The position numbers and the translations under genes were made by a program. This document shows positions 48,359-57,965 of a DNA stretch of 64,000 nucleotides, in pieces; positions within the stretch are counted from its first letter, which is position 1, and each line of letters begins with the position of its first letter. The DNA is from a virus. Location of the stretch: IMG/VR virus record IMGVR_UViG_3300020220_003261. One strand, written 5' to 3'. The notes beneath the pieces are model-generated. The model searched no databases, was not told the DNA's origin, and worked only from the letters and a program-made list of their open reading frames with translations.

Positions 48359-48684
48359 TCACAGTTTCCGATACCGCTAAAAAACACATATTTGATATAA
48401 TGAAAGAAGAAAATCTACCAACAGACAACTTTAAACTTAGAGTAGGAGTTAAAGGTGGTGGATGTAGTGGTTTATCATATGTAATGGATTTTGACGACCA
48501 AATTACTGAAAATGATGAAATAGTGGATTTAGGAGATTTGAAAGTTATAATTGATAAAAAATCTGTTTTATATCTTTTTGGGACAGAACTTCAATATTCA
48601 AGTGGTTTAAATGGTAAGGGATTTCAATGGGTAAACCCAAATGCATCTCGAACTTGTGGTTGTGGTGAGAGTTTTGCATTATAA
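48355..48684 (+). CDS. iscA: Fe-S cluster A-type carrier (IscA/SufA/HesB family)
   Basis: LRVGVKGGGCSGLSY, NPNASRTCGCGESF. Confidence 0.95.
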   Translation: MITVSDTAKKHIFDIMKEENLPTDNFKLRVGVKGGGCSGLSYVMDFDDQITENDEIVDLGDLKVIIDKKSVLYLFGTELQYSSGLNGKGFQWVNPNASRTCGCGESFAL

Positions 48685-48709
48685 CTGATATTTATATAAA
48701 AACAAAACT

Positions 48710-48934
48710 ATGTGGATAATCGTATTAGAAAACACTCAAAAATCAGCAGAAGGAACCGAACACTTAAAGGGTGATAAAGAGGCTTGTGTATCTTGGTTAG
48801 AAACAAATCAAGTATTTTACTCTGAAGAATCTCCTAATCCTGTAAACGGTGAAACATCAGGAAGTAAATATGTTCTTTTAGATTTAGAAGAAGAAATTGA
48901 AACTGTTGTTGAGGAAGAAAGTCCTTCAACATAA
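48710..48934 (+). CDS. Acidic hypothetical protein
   Basis: ORF with TATTTATA at 48689-48696. Confidence 0.55.
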   Translation: MWIIVLENTQKSAEGTEHLKGDKEACVSWLETNQVFYSEESPNPVNGETSGSKYVLLDLEEEIETVVEEESPST

Positions 48935-49001
48935 CCAGCTGAATAAAATTTCTTTTTTTAAAAAATATTTAATATCTTTTAAGAAATTAAAAGATATTTT
49001 T

Positions 49002-49286
49002 ATGCCTATATTTTCCACAAACGATTTAGAAATTTGTCCATCGGAGTATATAAATTCATGTGATCAAAAAGAAATTAATCAAATATTAGATCATTTGATT
49101 ATGGTTGGATATATCAAGGAAGAACAAATTACATCCAAGACATATGGTGTCAGAAGACCAAATATTATGGATGAGGAATTTTGGAATAATCTTGAATATT
49201 TGAAAAGGTGCAGAGATTTACTATCTGTTGAAGATGAACAATATATAAAAAACTTAGTAAAAAAATACGAAGGCATAAGACGTTGA
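49002..49286 (+). CDS. Hypothetical protein
   Basis: Start moved to ATG 49002. Confidence 0.55.
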   Translation: MPIFSTNDLEICPSEYINSCDQKEINQILDHLIMVGYIKEEQITSKTYGVRRPNIMDEEFWNNLEYLKRCRDLLSVEDEQYIKNLVKKYEGIRR

Positions 49287-49359
49287 TTATCAATAAAATA
49301 AAAATTTTTTTGTATATCCATTTTTATTTTTAAATTTGTTCAAATATATCAATTATCAC

Positions 49360-50043
49360 ATGAAGATATCAAATGACTACGTAAAAGGTGAAGTAAAAGA
49401 AATTTTACCCAAAATATTTGCTGTTTCTGTGAAAGACAAATATCAAAGAGCAATGTTGTTTTGTAGATATCAAGAATTCTATGAATCATCGTACGATGAA
49501 ATTAGAGGAAAAGAATTTTCATGGGAAAGGTTTATGTATATTTATAAAACAAAAAATAAACAAGATATTTTCACATACCCTAAAGATTGGAGTGGTTTCA
49601 ATATACCATCTAAAATAGTGGAAAAAGGTTTATCAACATTTTCATACAGAACTTGGGGACCATATGACAAAATAATGAGTGATATCTATTCTTACTGTGA
49701 AAACTATCCTTTAAAATTTCAGAAGTTTAGAAGTAAATGGTATTTAATTGGTGCTGATAACTTTAAATCCAATACAATGGATCATGAAATTGCACATGGT
49801 CTATTTTATACAAACTCAAAATATAAAAAAAATTCTTTGATTTTAATTAATGAAATGAAATCGGCTGATTACAAAAAAATAAAAAAGGTTTTGATTGGTA
49901 TGGGATATATGGATGATAAAAATATTATTAATGATGAAATACAAGCATACATGTCAACTGGACTACTAAAAAGTTTTAGTGACAATCAAATAAAAAAATA
50001 TCAAAAAGGATTTATAGATAATTTTAAAAATTTTAAAAAATGA
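49360..50043 (+). CDS. Hypothetical protein with HExxH (possible zincin-like metalloprotein)
   Basis: DHEIAHGLFY, later DEIQAY; TAAATTTG at 49331-49338. Confidence 0.55.
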   Translation: MKISNDYVKGEVKEILPKIFAVSVKDKYQRAMLFCRYQEFYESSYDEIRGKEFSWERFMYIYKTKNKQDIFTYPKDWSGFNIPSKIVEKGLSTFSYRTWGPYDKIMSDIYSYCENYPLKFQKFRSKWYLIGADNFKSNTMDHEIAHGLFYTNSKYKKNSLILINEMKSADYKKIKKVLIGMGYMDDKNIINDEIQAYMSTGLLKSFSDNQIKKYQKGFIDNFKNFKK

Positions 50044-50150
50044 AAACTAACTCGTATTCAAAAATTTATTCTATATGGAAACAATAATTTTAATTTTATC
50101 ATTTTGTTTTGGTTGTTCATTAGGGGTTGTTTTATGTCTTAAACTTTACA

Positions 50151-50675
50151 ATGAGACAAAAAATAATATTTATTGATATTGACGGACCATTAGCATGGGG
50201 AACATTCGGTGATGGTAGGGTTACTCTTAATGAGACTAATAAAACTTTCACAATACCATACCCTTGGGTAGAAGAAGATTGTCAAGCACTTCAAAAGATT
50301 TGTGATGAAACAAACGCAAGTTTGGTAGTGAGTTCAGATTGGAGAAAACATTTTAGTTTTATTCAACTAAAAAGTATATTTCAATACTATGGTATCACCA
50401 CACCAATTGTGGATATAACAACACATCAGAACCTTTGGAATAAATTAAGTAGACCTTCAGTTGAATGGGAAAGAGCTGCTGAAATAGTAAAGTGGGTTAA
50501 AGATAACAAAATATCTAATTGGATTTCTATTGATGATATGAAATTAGACCAACAATATAAATGGATGAAACCAAGAGTACTAATGTGGAGACACGTTCAG
50601 GTAAATGGTGATTATGGATATGGTGGTAAATTAAGATATAAAATAGAAGAATGTATTAATAAATTAAACCGTTAA
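50151..50675 (+). CDS. HAD-family protein (Swiss Army Knife RNA-repair-like HAD)
   Basis: IFIDIDGPL, VVSSDWR, WISIDD. Confidence 0.75.
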   Translation: MRQKIIFIDIDGPLAWGTFGDGRVTLNETNKTFTIPYPWVEEDCQALQKICDETNASLVVSSDWRKHFSFIQLKSIFQYYGITTPIVDITTHQNLWNKLSRPSVEWERAAEIVKWVKDNKISNWISIDDMKLDQQYKWMKPRVLMWRHVQVNGDYGYGGKLRYKIEECINKLNR

Positions 50676-50677
50676 TT

Positions 50678-50896
50678 ATGAGTTATTTAATCACAATTTT
50701 AATTACTTTAGTCGTCGTAATTCCAATTTCTTGGTTATGGGTTAAAGGTATTGATACTATGAAAAAAAAATATCCAAATTACAAAGGTAAAGATTTTTTG
50801 AATTGGGATAATAAAAATGACGAGTGGGACAAAACCCGAAATACGGGTGGTAGAGATGATTGGGATAAAATTTCTCATACAGAAGGAGATTTTTGA
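50678..50896 (+). CDS. Small membrane protein
   Basis: N-terminal hydrophobic helix. Confidence 0.55.
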   Translation: MSYLITILITLVVVIPISWLWVKGIDTMKKKYPNYKGKDFLNWDNKNDEWDKTRNTGGRDDWDKISHTEGDF

Positions 50897-50908
50897 AATA
50901 TTTATTAT

Positions 50909-51077
50909 TGACACTTCATACTTCCTTCAAAGGATTATACTAATTCCGGTAACCCAGGAGGAACAGAAGTCGGGTTGGTAAACCCAAATAGGGTGGAGAT
51001 TGTCCCCGATAGTGTCATAAATGGTTATCATATAATACCATGTGGGTGAAACGCTGATGGTTTGAAGTTGATAACTT
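50909..51077 (+). ncRNA. Candidate structured non-coding RNA
   Basis: No credible ORF; about 42% GC by hand count; several complementary stems; TATTTATT just upstream. Confidence 0.4.
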
Positions 51078-51121
51078 AAGATAATATATAAGAAGGATTA
51101 CTATGCAATATTTATTATAGT

Positions 51122-52693
51122 ATGAAAAAAAATATAATTGAAGATTTAGAAAGGATCCATTCTATAACATATGGAGAAAGAACTTTAAAAGAACAAAAGT
51201 TTTTCGATAAAATATTAAGGACATTAGGAATTAAGAAAAAAGAAGATAAGAAAGTAGATGACCCTAAAAAAGCTGATTTTGTGGGTGAAGATGTTAAACA
51301 GTTTTTTGATACTTTAGAAAAAATTGATAATGATATTAAACAACAATCTTCGGGAAATTACGAATACCAAAAAGAAGTTGAAACAATTCAAATTGGTCTA
51401 ACACTACTCGGATATAGTTTACCTAAACATGGTGTAGATGGAAAGTTTGGTCCAGAAACTGCTTCTGCAGTTCAAAAATTTAAAAAAGATAATGATTTGG
51501 AAGAGAAAGAACCAATATCAGAAGTTTCTTTTGCGGATTTAATGAACGAAATTACACTAATTCAATTAGATGATACTAATTATTCCAATGTTAAATTTGA
51601 TAATGATGAAACCAAATATGACGAAGTCAACAAGTCATTGTTAGATGATCTACAAAAAGCTGCGTCAGCCGCTAACGTAGTTGTGACAATTACGACTGCA
51701 AAATCAGGTCATGGTTATCATACAAAATCAGGTCGTAGGAGTAGACATATGACAAATACTGCCGTTGATATAGCAATATTAGACGGTGAAAGTGCTAAAG
51801 GTGCTACTAATTCTTCAAATGGTAACCCAACATTTAGAGATAAAGGAAACTTGGTAAAAGATGCGTTGTTAAAATTAGGATATACTTGGAATACAGAAAG
51901 TGGAAACGATAAAGCAGTTCTGTGGCAAACTAATACGGGAGGAAATCATTACAATCACCTTCATGTTTCAAACAATTCAGGTGCGTCACCTGATGAACTA
52001 GATTCAATGGTAGGATATTCGACAACGGGTTTAGGTTCGGTAATGACAGTCAGAGATATTGAAGTTTTAATTACAAAATTAAAAGCAAAGGGTGTAAAAT
52101 CTGAAGATCTTAAAAAACTAATTGATACTGTTGTAACCGGAGGAAGTGCACAGTTCACCGATATAGATTTAACAACAGAGGAAGGAACAAAAAAATACAC
52201 TGAAATTTGTCAGAAGTTTATATCAACCAGAAGTAGTAATTTATTAAATATTACGGGTGATATGTTAACTAAAGGTGCGGTTAGTGCATTTCAAAGACAC
52301 GGAAGATATGTACCACCAGAATTGGCACTTGCACAATTAACAGCTGAGGGTGGTTTTTCAAAAGATCCTAATGCAAGACCGATAAGAACAAAAAACCCAT
52401 TTAATGTTGGAAATACAGATAGTGGTAAAAACTGGTTCGCCAATTCGGTACAAAGTGGTATTGACAGATATTACGATTTAATTGCAAAAAATTACTTAGG
52501 TAAGGGTAAAACGGCCGCAGACCTTGTTCAGAATTTTGTTAATAAGAACGACAACAGATACGCTTCAAGTGAGACTTACGAAAGAGATGTTAACACCATT
52601 GCGCTTCAGGCTAACAGGTTGGCTCAGTCTGTTATGATGGCTGAAGACGCAACTCTCATGAACATGCCTTCAAATATATCTCCTTTTAAGTAA
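51122..52693 (+). CDS. Multidomain peptidoglycan hydrolase: PG-binding + M15-like Zn peptidase + glucosaminidase-like domain
   Basis: LLGYSLPKHGVDGKFGPETASAVQKFK; SRHMTNTAVD..HYNHLH; ALAQLTAEGG..NPFNVG..YASSETY. Confidence 0.75.
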   Translation: MKKNIIEDLERIHSITYGERTLKEQKFFDKILRTLGIKKKEDKKVDDPKKADFVGEDVKQFFDTLEKIDNDIKQQSSGNYEYQKEVETIQIGLTLLGYSLPKHGVDGKFGPETASAVQKFKKDNDLEEKEPISEVSFADLMNEITLIQLDDTNYSNVKFDNDETKYDEVNKSLLDDLQKAASAANVVVTITTAKSGHGYHTKSGRRSRHMTNTAVDIAILDGESAKGATNSSNGNPTFRDKGNLVKDALLKLGYTWNTESGNDKAVLWQTNTGGNHYNHLHVSNNSGASPDELDSMVGYSTTGLGSVMTVRDIEVLITKLKAKGVKSEDLKKLIDTVVTGGSAQFTDIDLTTEEGTKKYTEICQKFISTRSSNLLNITGDMLTKGAVSAFQRHGRYVPPELALAQLTAEGGFSKDPNARPIRTKNPFNVGNTDSGKNWFANSVQSGIDRYYDLIAKNYLGKGKTAADLVQNFVNKNDNRYASSETYERDVNTIALQANRLAQSVMMAEDATLMNMPSNISPFK

Positions 52694-52775
52694 ATTTTCT
52701 GACGTTTTGTTGTATTTTTAAAATTTAATTTTTTTTTATAAAAATATTATTTAACTTTCAATTTAAACTACTATT

Positions 52776-53174
52776 ATGGCACAACATCACGTTCAATTAA
52801 AAATTAACAATGAAGGATTGGTAACATCTGTGGAAGACCTAAACCAAAATGAAATTTATGAAACTTGTGTTTTGTGTGGTAAATTAACTGACGTTTTAAT
52901 TAACACCCACATAGATTATAGGTATGGATATGTAGAGGGTTCGGGACAAGCATGTAGAAATTGTTATAATAAAACATACAATGTACAAAATGATTATGTG
53001 AAAACCATAATGAAAAATAGAACAACACTAATTACCATTTCCGCTGAAGACATTTTAAATACTCCTAACGATTTTGATTTGGGTGCAAAAGTCAGATCTA
53101 TCTATTGGTCACAGAATAATCAAAATACATCTAATATTAATTATGATTATCTTGATGGAACAGACGACTTGTAA
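52776..53174 (+). CDS. Hypothetical protein with two Cys pairs
   Basis: CVLCG..RYGYVEGSGQACRNC. Confidence 0.6.
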   Translation: MAQHHVQLKINNEGLVTSVEDLNQNEIYETCVLCGKLTDVLINTHIDYRYGYVEGSGQACRNCYNKTYNVQNDYVKTIMKNRTTLITISAEDILNTPNDFDLGAKVRSIYWSQNNQNTSNINYDYLDGTDDL

Positions 53175-53246
53175 TTATAAAAATAGAGACACACCCTATT
53201 GGTTCTAAACTTAAGTATCAAAGTATTTATATGAATAAGTGTACAT

Positions 53247-54539
53247 ATGAAAAAATATACAAAAGAAAAACTATTATTTCTCATTAAAGAAAGTCTAAAT
53301 CAAGATTTACCTGAGATGGCACAACCTGAAAGTGCGATTTATAGACCTATAAGTCTATATGAAAATAAAATTCACGTAGGTTGGAAAAAAGAATTGACAG
53401 TATCCGGTAATAGACAAAAATTTAAAGAAGGTGTTGTTCATGTCGGATGGTTATTGGGTGATAAAAATCCAATTTTATTTAACCCTGATAAAGATGTTTT
53501 TGAATTTTATGAAGAACATAAGGATATCATATTGAAATTGTATAATGAATATGGTAAAGAAAATACAAAATGGGTTCAAGAATCAAATCCAAAATATCAA
53601 CCATTTAGAGGAAAAAATAAAAGTCCAGAATTCAAATCATTTCCCGATGACGAGGGTGGAAATGAGGATGATATAAAATATGGATATGTTTCGACTGGAG
53701 AATCATTACCGTTGAATGAAAAAATTAATAGAGTATTGGTAGACGTTTTATATGACGAATTTGAAAATGAAACCGAACAAGGTAGACAATTCCAAGAGAT
53801 ATTAAGTAGAAGAAGTATACCAACAATTCACCCAAGATTTAGAGAATTTGTTGATGAGGATTTACAAAAAAAGAACAATAACCAAAGTGTTAATTTTAGT
53901 TGTTTAGCTTACAACTCATATAATTCAAAAGAAGACTTTTTGGAATTAGTGTTTGCTAGAATTACTGGTGAATTTGAAAGTGAAGAACAAAAAGAAAAAA
54001 TGAAAACTCATGCTTTAGCTAGACAATTCAATAGAAACTATAGAAATTGGGAGGAAGACAGAAAAAATGAAAGAAGGTATAGAGGTAAAACCAATATATA
54101 TAAATTGGATAGATTAGGATATGAAAGTTTGAATTTGGATGTATCGTTAAGAATGACTTTTAAGGTGTCTGGTATTAATTCAGGAAATAATTTTAAATGG
54201 AAAATTTCAATGTCAAATAAATTCGGCCAAAAATTACCAACAGAAGCATTCGTAAAAGAAAAATTCAAAGAGGTAACATATAGAGTAAGTTTTAATCCTG
54301 GTAGTGTTTTAGATGAGAAAGAAATATCGTCAGAGGTAAATGTAGATATTAGTAATGAGAGTTTTGATGATAATCGTTTCATTTTAGATATTAAATCAAA
54401 GAATCCCGTTTACGATGGTTTGATAAGAGCAATTGACGAATTCAAAACAAGAGTGGCATCAATTAAACCAAAAGAAGCACTAAAATTGGCATCTATTGAG
54501 GAAAGAGACGTTAAAAGATCAGATTTAGATTTTAAATGA
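53247..54539 (+). CDS. Hypothetical protein (possible virion/internal protein)
   Basis: TATTTATA at 53224-53231; N-terminal LLFLIKESL. Confidence 0.6.
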   Translation: MKKYTKEKLLFLIKESLNQDLPEMAQPESAIYRPISLYENKIHVGWKKELTVSGNRQKFKEGVVHVGWLLGDKNPILFNPDKDVFEFYEEHKDIILKLYNEYGKENTKWVQESNPKYQPFRGKNKSPEFKSFPDDEGGNEDDIKYGYVSTGESLPLNEKINRVLVDVLYDEFENETEQGRQFQEILSRRSIPTIHPRFREFVDEDLQKKNNNQSVNFSCLAYNSYNSKEDFLELVFARITGEFESEEQKEKMKTHALARQFNRNYRNWEEDRKNERRYRGKTNIYKLDRLGYESLNLDVSLRMTFKVSGINSGNNFKWKISMSNKFGQKLPTEAFVKEKFKEVTYRVSFNPGSVLDEKEISSEVNVDISNESFDDNRFILDIKSKNPVYDGLIRAIDEFKTRVASIKPKEALKLASIEERDVKRSDLDFK

Positions 54540-54599
54540 TGGAGAGACCATCAAGTTAGTAAAGAGTTTTCTCAAAAAGTAAAAAGAAAATAATCTCTT

Positions 54600-54633
54600 A
54601 ATCCTCACAATTTTTTTGTGAGGATTTTTTTTT
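54600..54633 (+). terminator. Rho-independent terminator
   Basis: 11-bp stem AATCCTCACAA/TTGTGAGGATT followed by a T tract. Confidence 0.8.
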
Positions 54634-54659
54634 ACCAAAAATTTATATTATATTTTTTT

Positions 54660-54743
54660 ATGAATAAATTTATAAACTTTCTCAAGTTGATCGAAGAATA
54701 CAGATTGAAATGTATGGAATGGTCAGGTTGGGGTAAAATCTAA
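54660..54743 (+). CDS. Possible 27-aa peptide (MNKFINFLKLIEEYRLKCMEWSGWGKI)
   Basis: ATG-to-TAA ORF ending 4 nt before 54748. Confidence 0.3.
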   Translation: MNKFINFLKLIEEYRLKCMEWSGWGKI

Positions 54744-54747
54744 TGAT

Positions 54748-55185
54748 ATGAATGTTAAAAAAGCATTAAAGAAGAAAAACAAATTAGTCGGTATGATGGC
54801 CGAAGAATTTTTCAAAGCATCACAATATAATGTTGTTGATGAAGGTAATCCTCGTCCATACTCGGCAGTGGAGTCTATTAAAAAATGGATGGAATTGTCA
54901 AATGAATTGATTTTATTAAAAACAAAAATTCATGAAGCAAATAGCCCAATATATTATAAGATTTTTGAATTGTCTGAATTAAAAAGCCAAGTAAAACTAT
55001 TGAAAGGTTTGAACTGTGTATCAGGTAAAGTAAGTAGTGGAAAATGGGGTGATGGTGAACTAGTTGTTAAACATGCCGAACTAAATATCATTGAAAGAGA
55101 TGGTATGATTAAGACAATTGAATCAAAAATTGAATATTTGCAAGAAGAATTAGACCAATGGAATCATAATACATTGATCAATTAA
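54748..55185 (+). CDS. Helical protein resembling the DIP1984/DUF6847-like family
   Basis: KKALKKKNKL..LKTKIHEAN..IFELSELK..YLQEELDQWNHNT. Confidence 0.5.
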   Translation: MNVKKALKKKNKLVGMMAEEFFKASQYNVVDEGNPRPYSAVESIKKWMELSNELILLKTKIHEANSPIYYKIFELSELKSQVKLLKGLNCVSGKVSSGKWGDGELVVKHAELNIIERDGMIKTIESKIEYLQEELDQWNHNTLIN

Positions 55186-55187
55186 AA

Positions 55188-55390
55188 TGTTGGTTGGGGG
55201 AAGAGTTGTAGTAATTTAAATCCTTTTAGACGGCTACAAGCCATTGCTACAATCTATTGTTGAGAAGTTGTCTGATGATTAGATTTAGAACAAAGTATTC
55301 AAAAAGTCAAAAGTCAAAACGATCAAAATTTACTCATCAAACTTTAACACTCACTTTAGGTTTATTTTACTTGACTCCGAACCCAATCAT
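55188..55390 (+). ncRNA. Candidate structured 3' RNA element
   Basis: Non-coding; imperfect end-to-end pairing; TTGTAG/CTACAA stems; TCAAAA repeated four times. Confidence 0.4.
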
Positions 55391-55537
55391 TTAGAGAATT
55401 TTTGGACTAATGTTTCGATTAAGCTCAAGCATTTATTACTTGTTTGAATTTTTTTTATTAAAACATCCCTTTACCTATATTTAATCCTTTATTAAAAACT
55501 TTATGCTGACGATTTACAATATTCTCACCTTTGCAAA

Positions 55538-56620
55538 ATGGAAATTAATTCAACGACACATAGCATAATCATAGGAGCAGCTCAAAATATGGAGCAACTA
55601 AAAGACAACTCAATTGAACTTGTTGTAACATCACCACCTTACCCAATGATTGAAATGTGGGACGAAATTATGGCAAAGCAAAATACAGAAGTTCAAACTG
55701 CAATATACAAAAATGACGGAGCAAAAGCATTTGAGCTTATGCATTTGGAACTGGATAAGGTTTGGGCAGAAGTTAAAAGGGTTTTAATTCCAGGCGGATT
55801 TGCCTGCATTAATATTGGTGACTCAACAAGAACAATAAATGGGGAGTTTGCAATCTATCCAAATCATTCAAGGATTACATCAGCATTTCAAAAATTAGGT
55901 TTTACCAACTTGCCAAACATACTTTGGAGAAAACAGACAAACGCACCAAACAAGTTTATGGGTTCGGGAATGTTGCCTTCAGGTGCTTATGTTACATTAG
56001 AACACGAGTGGATATTGATTTTCAGAAAAGGTGGCAAACGACAATTTAAAACTGAAAGTGAAAAACTAAGAAGAAAAGAAAGCTCATTCTTTTGGGAAGA
56101 AAGAAATGTTTGGTTTTCTGATCTGTGGCATTTAAAAGGAACAAAACAAAAAATTGACAACTCCGAAACAAGAAAACGAAGTGCAGCTTATCCTTTTGAC
56201 TTACCCTACAGACTTATAAATATGTATTCGCTTCAGGGTGATACAGTTTTAGACCCGTTTTTAGGAACAGGAACAACATCATTGGCCGCAATTTCCTCAA
56301 ACAGAAATAGCATAGGTTATGAAATTGACCCAATATTTTTAAATATAATAACTGAGAATATAGAATCAACGTCTGTTACATTTTACAACTCGATTATTCA
56401 AAACCGAATTAACCAGCATATCAACTTTGTAGGGGAAAGAAACGCAGACATTAAAAAATCAGAGATTAGGTATTATAATGAAAATTTGAAACTTCCTGTT
56501 ATGACCAATCAGGAAACAGATATAAAATTTCTATTTGTGAATAGTGTTAATAGAGATAGGCAAGGTACTATTGTAGCAACTTATTCTGAAGTAAAACCAA
56601 GTGTAGAAAGGAAACCTTAA
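55538..56620 (+). CDS. DNA N4-cytosine/N6-adenine methyltransferase (beta class), orphan
   Basis: VTSPPY near the N-terminus, DPFLGTGTT near the C-terminus. Confidence 0.9.
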   Translation: MEINSTTHSIIIGAAQNMEQLKDNSIELVVTSPPYPMIEMWDEIMAKQNTEVQTAIYKNDGAKAFELMHLELDKVWAEVKRVLIPGGFACINIGDSTRTINGEFAIYPNHSRITSAFQKLGFTNLPNILWRKQTNAPNKFMGSGMLPSGAYVTLEHEWILIFRKGGKRQFKTESEKLRRKESSFFWEERNVWFSDLWHLKGTKQKIDNSETRKRSAAYPFDLPYRLINMYSLQGDTVLDPFLGTGTTSLAAISSNRNSIGYEIDPIFLNIITENIESTSVTFYNSIIQNRINQHINFVGERNADIKKSEIRYYNENLKLPVMTNQETDIKFLFVNSVNRDRQGTIVATYSEVKPSVERKP

Positions 56621-56728
56621 TTTGTTAAGATAAGGAAAAAACAAGAAAATAATATGGTGAAATTGATTTGGAATATATTTAATGTCTAAAATCAATAAAG
56701 TCTATATTTATATAAAAAGATTGTGGAT

Positions 56729-56953
56729 ATGAGAGAGTTTACAAAAGAACAAATATTAAAAAACCTTACAGAAAATGAGGGTGTCGATGATTTTGATAAC
56801 AAAATAAAACCTGAGGAAAACCCTGAAGCTGACATTAAACCCGAATTCGATCCTGGAGGTAATTTCACCTTAGGTGAGGATCCACAAGGTAATCAATATA
56901 TCATTAAGAATGCCTTCAGTGGGACCCCTGAATTTACACCTGTAAAAGGATAA
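56729..56953 (+). CDS. Acidic hypothetical protein
   Basis: TATTTATA at 56705-56712; start ATG 56729. Confidence 0.55.
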   Translation: MREFTKEQILKNLTENEGVDDFDNKIKPEENPEADIKPEFDPGGNFTLGEDPQGNQYIIKNAFSGTPEFTPVKG

Positions 56954-56977
56954 TAATTTTATACACATAATCGGGGT

Positions 56978-57015
56978 AAAAAAAAAACAACTCTAATTTT
57001 TGAGTTGTTTTTTTT
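56978..57015. terminator. Rho-independent terminator, potentially bidirectional
   Basis: A-tract-CAACTC / loop / GAGTTG-T-tract. Confidence 0.7.
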
Positions 57016-57066
57016 ATGAGTAAATTCGTTTTAAACTACCATTTAATAACTTATAAAAATTAAAAA

Positions 57067-57960
57067 ATGTTAAAATTTAAAAATGTTCTTTCGTGTTTTG
57101 ACGGTGCAAGTTGTGCTCAAATGGCTCTAAAAAGAGCGGGTATAGAATTTCAAAATTATTATGCGAGTGAAATCAATACAGAAGCCGTTAAAGTTTCAAA
57201 CAAAAATTTTCCAAACACAATTCATTTAGGTGACATCACTAAAATCAATTTCAAAAAACTACCAAAAATTGGAATAGTATTTGCTGGAAGTCCTTGTCAG
57301 AATTTATGTGGATCTGGTCTTCGGAATGGTATGAGAACTACTGATGGTAAACCTGTTCATAGTTATAAAACATATATGAAATATAAAAAACAGGATAAAA
57401 AATTTACAGAGTCTTGTTTGTTTTGGGAATTTATAAGAGCGATAAAAGAAACGGTTGCAGAGTATTTCTTTTTTGAAAACACTAATATGAGTGGATTCTA
57501 TTTAAACCTGATAACAAAAGAACTTGGCGTTTCACCGATATTAATAAACTCTTCATTAGTTTCTGCACAAAATAGAGAAAGACAATATTGGACAAACCTT
57601 AAGGGTTTTAAAATGCCAAAAGACAAAGGAATCACATTTGATCAGATTGTTCCTAATGGTGTTAGTTCGGGTAAAAGAGGTCGAAAAAAACCTGGCGAAA
57701 CAAAATACATTACAAAGTATACAACAAGGAAAGATGGGAAAGCTAATTGTATTGTTTGTAAACCACATAACACTAATTTAGTTGAGGTTAATGGTAAGGT
57801 AAGGTTAATGTCAATTGAAGAGGGTTTGAAATTACAAACATGGCCAAAAAATTATTTTGATATTGATGGACTATCTAATACAGCCAAGTACGAAATTTTA
57901 GGTAATGGTTGGACAACAGAACTGGTAACACACTTTCTCAAATGTGCAAAAACTTCATAA
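57067..57960 (+). CDS. DNA cytosine-C5 methyltransferase, orphan
   Basis: FDG motif I, AGSPCQ (catalytic PC), FFENT, QNRERQYW, LGNGW. Confidence 0.9.
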   Translation: MLKFKNVLSCFDGASCAQMALKRAGIEFQNYYASEINTEAVKVSNKNFPNTIHLGDITKINFKKLPKIGIVFAGSPCQNLCGSGLRNGMRTTDGKPVHSYKTYMKYKKQDKKFTESCLFWEFIRAIKETVAEYFFFENTNMSGFYLNLITKELGVSPILINSSLVSAQNRERQYWTNLKGFKMPKDKGITFDQIVPNGVSSGKRGRKKPGETKYITKYTTRKDGKANCIVCKPHNTNLVEVNGKVRLMSIEEGLKLQTWPKNYFDIDGLSNTAKYEILGNGWTTELVTHFLKCAKTS

Positions 57961-57965
57961 AAAGT

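Noticed and set aside
48711-48719. DnaA boxes (TGTGGATAA here and at 17236-17244) as an origin
   Set aside because: Both are Met-Trp-Ile codons, they are not clustered, and about one copy is expected by chance.
51045-51062. Hammerhead ribozyme core (GAAAC..CTGATG)
   Set aside because: The elements are adjacent and in the wrong arrangement, with no intervening stems.
55538-57960. Restriction-modification system
   Set aside because: No recognisable endonuclease next to either methyltransferase.
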